Assembly: GCA_035545035.1 (NCBI GenBank)
Contig: DASZZL010000159.1
Coordinates: 13,873-77,872, forward strand
Direction of reading: 5' to 3'
Length of the DNA: 64,000 nt
Source: Pyrinomonadaceae bacterium
Lineage (GTDB): Bacteria; Acidobacteriota; Blastocatellia; Pyrinomonadales; Pyrinomonadaceae
Positions 1 through 6,870 of this stretch are shown here, in pieces. Position numbers and translations under genes: made by a program. Numbering within the stretch: position 1 is the stretch's first letter; each line of letters starts with the position of its first letter. The notes below the pieces were generated by a model that was not told the DNA's origin, searched no databases, and saw nothing but the letters and a program-made list of their open reading frames with translations.

Positions 1-2631
1 TGGGCCGCGGGCCCCGAGCGTGGGATTTTCAAAACGACAGACGGCGGTAAGACCTGGAACAAAGTCTTTTTCAAAGATGACAAGACCAGTGTCGTGGATA
101 TGGTCTCGGCGCCAGACGATCCGCGCATAGTCTTCGCTGCCACCTACAACCTGGTGATCGATCCGAAGCGGATTCGGGCGCTCGGGGCCGAGTCGCAAAT
201 CCTAAAATCAACTGACGAAGGCGCGACGTGGCAACAACTGGGCGTCGTCGGTTTGCCTGAGACAGGTCGCGGCTCGATTGGCTTAGCCGTTGCGCCCGGC
301 ACCAACGGAAAACGCGTGTACACGATCATTAACTCCGGATTCTTTCGCTCGGACGACGGTGGCGACAACTGGCGGCGCAGCACAACTGATCCGCGCATCA
401 CCGGTAGCACCTTCTTCGGTAAGCTCTACGTCGACCCACGCAATCCGGACGTCGTCTATGTGATGCAGACGTCTATGTATCGCTCGACTGACGGCGGCAA
501 AACTTTTGAATCGTATAAGGGCGCGCCTAGCGGCGAAGACCAACACGTGCTCTGGATCGATCCTAACGATACACAGCGAATGCTTCTCGGTTCTGATCAG
601 GGAGCCATCGTCAGCCTTGACGGCGGTCACACCTGGAGCGATTGGTTTACTCAACCAACCGGACAGTTCTATCACGTCATTACCGATAATGGATTTCCTT
701 ACCGCGCGTATGCCGCGCAGCAGGACAGCGGCTCAGTCGCCGTGCTTTCGCGCAGCGACTTTGGAATGATCACCTATCGCGATTGGTTCTCGACCGGAGC
801 GTTCGAGAGCGGCTACATTGCTCCCGATCCGACGAATGCAAATCTCGTTTACTCAGTCGGCTGGTATGGCTCCGTGTTCAGATTGGATCGAACCACCGGA
901 CAGATCTCGACAGTGTTCGCGCCGGGCGCAAAGTATCGCTACACGTGGGAGACGCCGCTGGTTTTTTCACCACACGATCCAAAGACGATGTACCTCGGCA
1001 TGCAATACGTTTTGAAAACCAAAGACGGCGCCCAGACGTGGGCTGAGATCAGTCCTGACTTAACCGCAAAGACGCCGTCAACGGACGCACAGGGAGTAAT
1101 CCAGGCAATCTCACCATCGGCGGCCGCGTCAGGTGAAATCTGGGTGGGCACGAGCACAGGTCTCGTCCAACTCACGCGAGACAACGGCGCAAACTGGACC
1201 AACGTTACGCCGCCCGGATTGCCTGAACGTCTTGAGATAAGGCTGATTGAAGCTTCGCCAGTTGACGCGGAAACGGCTTATGTCATCGCGGCGGCCTTTG
1301 GTGATTCGCACCCTTACATCTATCGCACACATGACGCCGGCAAGACGTGGCAGAAGATTGTCACAGGCCTGCCCGAATCCAGCATCGCTCGCGTCGTCCG
1401 CGAAGATCCGGTGCGTAAAGGACTGCTGTACGCCGGGACGGAAACAGGAGCGTACGTGTCTTTCGACGGCGGAGATCACTGGCGGCCTCTGCAACTGAAT
1501 CTGCCGACAACTTCCGTGCGCGATCTCAATGTGCACGGAAACGATCTGGTGGTCGCAACGTACGGACGCGGACTTTGGATTCTGGATGACTTATCGCCGC
1601 TCCGACAGGCCAACGCAGAGATAACGAGCGGCAATGCTTATCTATTCAAGCCGGCAAACGCAGTCCGCGTGCGCTGGGACAATCATCCGGATACGCCGCT
1701 GCCTGCCGACACCTCCGCCGGAGAGAATCCTCCGGAGGGCGCGATCATTTACTATTACTTGAAATCGTCGCCCGCGAAAGAGATCACGCTCGAGATTCGC
1801 GACGCGCGCGGCAACATCGTGCGACAGTTTTCAAGTAGAGCACCGTCGCGTGACAACACAACGAAGAATGTTCCCGACTACTGGTTCGCCCCCGCCGAAG
1901 TTCTGACAACTACAGCGGGCTTAAATCGTTTTGTTTGGAATCTGGAATGGCCGCATCCCGACACGCTCACCTATAACTTTCGCGGCAGACATATCGACTA
2001 CGTCGAATACACGCTTCCCGATCATGCGGTCGCGGGCAAGACGCCCATCAATCAACCGCCGGGGCCGCTCGCTGTGCCGGGGCATTACGAAGTCGTGCTG
2101 ACCGTTGACGGTAAGACACATCGTCAACCTTTAAATGTCACACTCGATCCGCGCGTGCGCGTCGCGCCGGGTGACCTCGAAGCGCAACTCGATCTCGCGC
2201 GGACGATTGATGCCTGGATGAATACCAGCTATCACTCTTACAATGAGGTCAGTAGTTTGCGCGCGGCTCTGGCTGCCGTTCAGAAAAGTCTGGCCGGAAA
2301 TCCGCAGGTAAGAGAAGTCAGTGACGCCGCGAAAGCTCTGGACAAGGAACTCGGCGAGATTCAGGACGGAACCAACGCGGCGCCGGGATTCGGTGCGGTC
2401 AACCGCGACGTCGCCAGATTCGTAACCATGATTCAGAGCGGTGACCTGCGTCCCGCAAAATCGATAATCGAAAACGCCTCTCCATTGTGCGATGCTTTGA
2501 AGAACGATCTAGCGCGATGGCGAAAGGTTAATGCTGAGACGCTGCCGGCTTTGAATAATCTTCTGAAGGAAAGCAAGCTGGCGCCATTAACGATGGTGAC
2601 GGTAGACAAAGATCCCGCGTGCCCGAAATAG
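1..2631 (+). CDS. BNR/Asp-box repeat double beta-propeller exported protein (sortilin/VPS10- or GH74-like); 5' end lies upstream of the window
   Basis: Frame 1 is open from base 1 (..GIFKTTDGGKTWNKVFF.. precedes the first ATG at 94); stop at 2629-2631. Repeated Asp-box motifs: STDEGATWQ, SDDGGDNWR, STDGGKTFE, SLDGGHTWS, TKDGAQTWA, TRDNGANWT, THDAGKTWQ, SFDGGDHWR. Colinear paralog of 12037..14766. Confidence 0.85.
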   Translation, partial: WAAGPERGIFKTTDGGKTWNKVFFKDDKTSVVDMVSAPDDPRIVFAATYNLVIDPKRIRALGAESQILKSTDEGATWQQLGVVGLPETGRGSIGLAVAPGTNGKRVYTIINSGFFRSDDGGDNWRRSTTDPRITGSTFFGKLYVDPRNPDVVYVMQTSMYRSTDGGKTFESYKGAPSGEDQHVLWIDPNDTQRMLLGSDQGAIVSLDGGHTWSDWFTQPTGQFYHVITDNGFPYRAYAAQQDSGSVAVLSRSDFGMITYRDWFSTGAFESGYIAPDPTNANLVYSVGWYGSVFRLDRTTGQISTVFAPGAKYRYTWETPLVFSPHDPKTMYLGMQYVLKTKDGAQTWAEISPDLTAKTPSTDAQGVIQAISPSAAASGEIWVGTSTGLVQLTRDNGANWTNVTPPGLPERLEIRLIEASPVDAETAYVIAAAFGDSHPYIYRTHDAGKTWQKIVTGLPESSIARVVREDPVRKGLLYAGTETGAYVSFDGGDHWRPLQLNLPTTSVRDLNVHGNDLVVATYGRGLWILDDLSPLRQANAEITSGNAYLFKPANAVRVRWDNHPDTPLPADTSAGENPPEGAIIYYYLKSSPAKEITLEIRDARGNIVRQFSSRAPSRDNTTKNVPDYWFAPAEVLTTTAGLNRFVWNLEWPHPDTLTYNFRGRHIDYVEYTLPDHAVAGKTPINQPPGPLAVPGHYEVVLTVDGKTHRQPLNVTLDPRVRVAPGDLEAQLDLARTIDAWMNTSYHSYNEVSSLRAALAAVQKSLAGNPQVREVSDAAKALDKELGEIQDGTNAAPGFGAVNRDVARFVTMIQSGDLRPAKSIIENASPLCDALKNDLARWRKVNAETLPALNNLLKESKLAPLTMVTVDKDPACPK

Positions 2632-2923
2632 AATGCCCGCGCAGCGGGCGGATTGAAAATAGCCCAGCAGTTTACTGCTGGGGATTGGAGATTAACCGCG
2701 GAGTAGTCCGTGAAACGGACGACTGCGTCTTTCCATTCAACCGTCCGCTACCCGGACTCAAATTGATTCTTGATTGCGCTTTCCCACCGATGAATCGGTG
2801 GGCTATTCTCATGTCGCCCGCGTTCGCGGGCTCTTGTTTCGCTTTTTTTCACCCCTCAGCTCGCGCTGCGGGCTCTGCTGTCGGCAGCGCCGACTGCTGA
2901 CTGATAAAAGCACGGAGACTATT
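2632..2923. repeat. Intergenic cluster of REP-like GC-rich hairpins (family A modules plus extra hairpins)
   Basis: Perfect short stems read directly: CCCAGCAG-TTTA-CTGCTGGG, GTCCG-TGAAA-CGGAC, CCCACCGA-TGAA-TCGGTGGG, GCCCGC-GTTC-GCGGGC, GTCGGC-AGC-GCCGAC. The 2811-2895 part recurs at 16188-16288 and 17312-17412. Accounts for track ORF 2619..2900. Confidence 0.75.
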
Positions 2924-5098
2924 ATGAAGCGATGCAACTTGTTTCTGCTTGGCGGTTTTCTTTCAGTGTTGGTGGCTTCAAGTTTGGGAGTCAACCAGCC
3001 CTCCCTTACGGTCGGGCTTCTGACACCCGCAACCGCCGCGATCCAGCAAACAAACCATGTAGAAATTAAGATCGACCCAAAGCTCTTCGATGAGTATGTC
3101 GGCCAGTACAGCTTTCTGGATGACCCTGAGTTCGTGCTCTCATTTCTGCGCGAAGGCGATAAGTTCTTTCTACTGCCAACCAATCAAGGCAAGATCGAAA
3201 TATTCCCGGAAAGCGAAACGAGATTCTTTCTTAAGATCATCGAAGCCCAGGCGACCTTTGTCCGCGATGCTGAGGGCAAGGTCACCGGCGTCGTCTGGCG
3301 GCAAAACGGCATAGACAATCCTGCGAAGAGAGCAAGCGACAAACCTGTCATCGAGAGGCTCGTTCCGTTTGAAAGGCGAGAGGAGATGATTAAGGCGCGC
3401 GACGGCGTGCGTCTGCACACACTTGTCTTTACACCGAAGAGCCACGCGGAACGGTTGCCCATTATGATGAGCAGAACGCCTTACGGTATTGGCCAGGCAA
3501 GCTCTGACGGCATCAATCGCCGCTACAACGATATGGTGAAAGATGGATACATTTTCGTGCTTCAGGACATTCGCGGGCGCTACGGCTCCGAAGGACAGTT
3601 TCTGATGAACCGTCCGATGCGCAACAAGAAAGATCCGAAGTCGATTGACGAAAGCACTGACACCTACGACACGATCGATTGGCTGATAAAGAACGTTCCC
3701 GGGAACAACGGACGCGTTGGCATTCTCGGCGTTTCTTATGATGGTTGGCTGGCCGCGGTTGCGACCATCGACGCGCATCCGGCGTTGAAGGCTTCGTCGC
3801 CGCAAGCGCCGATGACTGACACCTGGCTCGGCGATGACTTCTTTCATAACGGCGCTTTTCGTCAGAGCTACGGTTACGAATATGTGAAGGCAATGGAGAC
3901 TTCGAAAGAGGATACGGACGTGTCGTTCGACAAAGACGCGTACGATTGGTATCTCGGAATGGGTTCGCTGGGGAGAATCACGGAACTCAATGCGGGGAGG
4001 TTCCCGACATGGAACGCGTTTGTCGCGCACCCGAATTATGACGACTACTGGAAAGCGCGCGGGTCCGGCAACTATCTAAAGCCGACGACCGTCGCGACGC
4101 TTGTGGTCGGCGGATGGTGGGACCAGGAAGATTATTATGGCGCGCTCGCGACTTACAACACTTTGGAAAAATTCGATAAGAAACATCAGAACTTCCTGGT
4201 ACTCGGCCCATGGAACCACGGCGGCTGGAACGGCCGCGGCAGAAATTTGGGCAACATAAATTTTGGGACTTCGACTGGCGCGTACTTCCGTTCGCACATC
4301 CAGGCGCCATGGTTTGCCTACTACCTAAAGGGAAAGGGAAACTTGAACGAGCCCGAGGCGATGACATTCCAGACCGGTGCTAATCAGTGGACGTCCTTTG
4401 ACCATTGGTCGCCGAAAGAATCAACAGCTCGTGACCTTTTCCTGCGCGAAGGCAAGGAGCTCGCGTTTGAGAAACCGAGAGGCAACGAAGCGGAAACGTA
4501 TGTATCCGACACCGCGAATCCGGTTCCCTACCGCAAACGACCGATCGAGGCGACGTACGAACAAAAGGGCTCGGGCTGGTACACCTGGCTGGTTTCTGAT
4601 CAGCGATTTCTCAAAGGTCGCAACGACGTCGTTGCCTGGCAAAGCGAAGTTCTCGACAAAGATTTAGTCATTGCCGGGGATATCGTCGCGCATCTGTTTG
4701 CTGCGACAACCGGCAGCGACAGCGACTGGGTCGTGAAACTGATTGACGTCTATCCGGATGGTGCCGGCGAAAAGAATATGGCGGGCTACCAACTGATGAT
4801 CGCGGACGAAATTTTTCGCGGCAGATATCTGCGGGGCTTTGAAAAGCCCGCGCCGATCGTTGCGAATCAGGTCAATGAATACGCCATCGATCTGCACAGC
4901 GCGAACCATTGCTTCAAGAAGGGACACCGCGTGATGGTGCAAGTGCAGAGCACCTGGTTCCCACTTTACGATCGCAATCCGCAAAAATTCGTCGAGAATA
5001 TTTTCAACGCCCAGCCAGGCGATTATCAGATTGCGACGCAGCGAGTCTTTGAATCCGCTCGCTATCCATCGCACGTGACGCTGCCAGTGATGAAGTGA
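2924..5098 (+). CDS. CocE/NonD-family serine hydrolase (peptidase S15, X-Pro dipeptidyl-peptidase-like), secreted
   Basis: ATG at 2924 gives signal peptide MKRCNLFLLGGFLSVLVASS. Motifs: SRTPYG, nucleophile elbow GVSYDGW, GGWWDQED. C-terminal beta-sandwich region typical of the family. The upstream part of track ORF 2774.. is REP sequence. Confidence 0.85.
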   Translation: MKRCNLFLLGGFLSVLVASSLGVNQPSLTVGLLTPATAAIQQTNHVEIKIDPKLFDEYVGQYSFLDDPEFVLSFLREGDKFFLLPTNQGKIEIFPESETRFFLKIIEAQATFVRDAEGKVTGVVWRQNGIDNPAKRASDKPVIERLVPFERREEMIKARDGVRLHTLVFTPKSHAERLPIMMSRTPYGIGQASSDGINRRYNDMVKDGYIFVLQDIRGRYGSEGQFLMNRPMRNKKDPKSIDESTDTYDTIDWLIKNVPGNNGRVGILGVSYDGWLAAVATIDAHPALKASSPQAPMTDTWLGDDFFHNGAFRQSYGYEYVKAMETSKEDTDVSFDKDAYDWYLGMGSLGRITELNAGRFPTWNAFVAHPNYDDYWKARGSGNYLKPTTVATLVVGGWWDQEDYYGALATYNTLEKFDKKHQNFLVLGPWNHGGWNGRGRNLGNINFGTSTGAYFRSHIQAPWFAYYLKGKGNLNEPEAMTFQTGANQWTSFDHWSPKESTARDLFLREGKELAFEKPRGNEAETYVSDTANPVPYRKRPIEATYEQKGSGWYTWLVSDQRFLKGRNDVVAWQSEVLDKDLVIAGDIVAHLFAATTGSDSDWVVKLIDVYPDGAGEKNMAGYQLMIADEIFRGRYLRGFEKPAPIVANQVNEYAIDLHSANHCFKKGHRVMVQVQSTWFPLYDRNPQKFVENIFNAQPGDYQIATQRVFESARYPSHVTLPVMK

Positions 5099-5125
5099 GC
5101 CGTGTTGGCATACTGATTAAGCACA

Positions 5126-5821
5126 ATGAAAACTGTCGGCATCATCGGAGGCATCGGGCCCGAGTCAACGATCGAATACTACCGCGGGATTATTGCCGGC
5201 TACCGCGAGCGGCAAACCGACGGGAGCTATCCGTCGATAATAATCAACAGCATCAATTTGACTATATTGCTCGGTTTGATTATGGCGAACGAACTCGACA
5301 AAGCAACCGACCATCTCGTTAATGAAGTGCAGAAGTTGGCGCGCGCGGGCGTGGATTTCGGCGTAATCGCCGCCGGCACGCCGCACATTGTTTTTGACGA
5401 GGTTCAGGCAAGGTCGCCTATTCCGCTCGTCAGCATTGTCGAAGCTACTTGCGCGGCCGCGGCAAAGTTGAAATTGAAAAAGATTGCTTTGTTCGGCACG
5501 CGCTTCACGATGCAGGGCCGCTTCTATCCAGATGTATTTTCAAAAGCAGGGATCACGCTGGTGGCGCCGGAAGCAAATGAACAAACATACATTCACGACA
5601 AGTACATGAACGATCTGGTGAACGGCATCATCCTGCCCGAAACGCGCGAGCGCTTGCTCCGAATTTTAGACAAGATGAAAGAGCGCGACGGTGTCGAAGG
5701 TTTAATTCTCGGCGGAACCGAATTGTCTTTGATCCTGCGCGACACCGAGCACAATGGAATTCCCATCCTGGACACGACGAAGATTCACGTCGAGCGTATC
5801 ATCGCAGAGTTGTTTTCATAG
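5126..5821 (+). CDS. Asp/Glu/hydantoin-racemase superfamily protein; both canonical catalytic Cys positions are substituted
   Basis: N-terminus MKTVGIIGGIGPEST, then motif regions VIAAGTPH (expected xxxCNTxH) and LILGGTEL (expected xxGCTE). See finding. Confidence 0.8.
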   Translation: MKTVGIIGGIGPESTIEYYRGIIAGYRERQTDGSYPSIIINSINLTILLGLIMANELDKATDHLVNEVQKLARAGVDFGVIAAGTPHIVFDEVQARSPIPLVSIVEATCAAAAKLKLKKIALFGTRFTMQGRFYPDVFSKAGITLVAPEANEQTYIHDKYMNDLVNGIILPETRERLLRILDKMKERDGVEGLILGGTELSLILRDTEHNGIPILDTTKIHVERIIAELFS

Positions 5822-5844
5822 AGTGTTATAATCCGGCGCTTCCG

Positions 5845-6318
5845 ATGCCACATTCGCCGCCAGCCGCGCTCATCAAGTTTCTGAAGCCATACGATCGAGA
5901 GATTCGAGAGCTGGCGCTGGCCCTTCGTGCGCTGGTGCTCGAAGAAATGGCGCCGTGCTACGAAAACATCTATGACGCATACAGCGCGGTGGCGATCGGT
6001 TACGGCACCAGCGATCGTTTGCGGGATGGCATCTTTCACATCGCGGTTTACTCAAAGCACGTTAATCTCGGCTTCAATGACGGCGCGACGCTCGCCGATC
6101 CGAAAGGCATTCTCAAAGGCGCCGGAAATCGGATTCGGCATGTCACGATCAATACAAGTGACGACCTTGCGCGACCAGAGATTCGTTCTTATATTCGACG
6201 CGCGCGCAAAGTCGCGCTGGCTGAGGCAAAGAAGCTCGGTGGAGCGCCGCCAAAGGAACCTAAGGGTGTTGTCTCAACGGTGAAGGCGATCTATCCGAAG
6301 AAGCGCCGGCCGAAGTGA
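5845..6318 (+). CDS. DUF1801 (YdhG-like) domain protein
   Basis: Compact 157-aa ORF. The HVNLGFNDGATLADPKGILKGAGNRIRHVTI block resembles the DUF1801 core as I remember it. Confidence 0.6.
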   Translation: MPHSPPAALIKFLKPYDREIRELALALRALVLEEMAPCYENIYDAYSAVAIGYGTSDRLRDGIFHIAVYSKHVNLGFNDGATLADPKGILKGAGNRIRHVTINTSDDLARPEIRSYIRRARKVALAEAKKLGGAPPKEPKGVVSTVKAIYPKKRRPK

Positions 6319-6353
6319 GTTTCAAGTTCCAGGTTTCAGGTTTCAGGTTTGAC
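6319..6353. repeat. Tandem 'word' repeat (GTTTCAGG/GTTCCAGG units), family E
   Basis: GTTTCAAGTTCCAGGTTTCAGGTTTCAGGTTTGAC starts directly after the DUF1801 stop. Related arrays at 27033-27162 and 38909-39045. Confidence 0.7.
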
Positions 6354-6374
6354 TGCTTCGACGCGTGTAATGAA

Positions 6375-6460
6375 GTCAGTACCACCTGCGTTAGCGGGTG
6401 GGTCAAACACTCAACGCGGGTTGGGTGCTGGGTCCACCCGCTAACGCAGGTGGTACTGAC
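6375..6460. repeat. 27-bp perfect inverted repeat (family B) with 32-nt spacer
   Basis: 6375-6401 GTCAGTACCACCTGCGTTAGCGGGTGG is the exact reverse complement of 6434-6460. Single arms recur at 50066-50094 and 53472-53501. Confidence 0.9.
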
Positions 6461-6808
6461 AAGAGTTAAGGTTGTTGGACCCTACCTCGTGAGTTTGACG
6501 GTCTGGCGATGATTCGCCAGAAGTTCAGCAGCTCATGCAACCGTTAACTTTGGGAGGTTGATGTTGCGTGCTGCGCTTATGTAGGTGTTCGGCGTCATCC
6601 TCTTGCGAAAGAAACATATGTCAAACGGCAAACACGCCAACGCTGATCCAGCATGGCGAGCTTGGCCCTGTGGAAAATTCTCCTCTCGCCAAAGACAGGA
6701 GCGTTCTCGCCCATGGTAAACGAGTTGGCGGTCATTGACGGTAACAGCTTCGGAGCGTTTTCGTGGACCATGATTCTTCCCGTATTCCTCGCGACAACCG
6801 ATCCGCGG

Positions 6809-6817
6809 TGTTATACT
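6809..6817 (+). promoter_or_regulatory. Possible extended -10 promoter element (TGtTATACT) upstream of the HD-GHKL gene
   Basis: TGTTATACT lies 54 nt upstream of ATG 6871. No convincing -35. Pattern match only. Confidence 0.25.
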
Positions 6818-6870
6818 GACCTGCGCTAGCTCACCGATTGCTACAAAGAATGATTTAGACTCCATCGCGA

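Noticed and set aside
2619-2900. 93-aa ORF; likewise 16085..16420 and 10823..11473
   Set aside because: They are read-through of REP/MITE hairpin clusters (for example MSPAFAGS.. from GTCGCCCGCGTTCGCGGGC). The same 'peptides' recur wherever the repeat occurs.
3170-4030. 286-aa minus-strand ORF
   Set aside because: Antisense to the CocE/NonD hydrolase gene. No motifs; shadow ORF.
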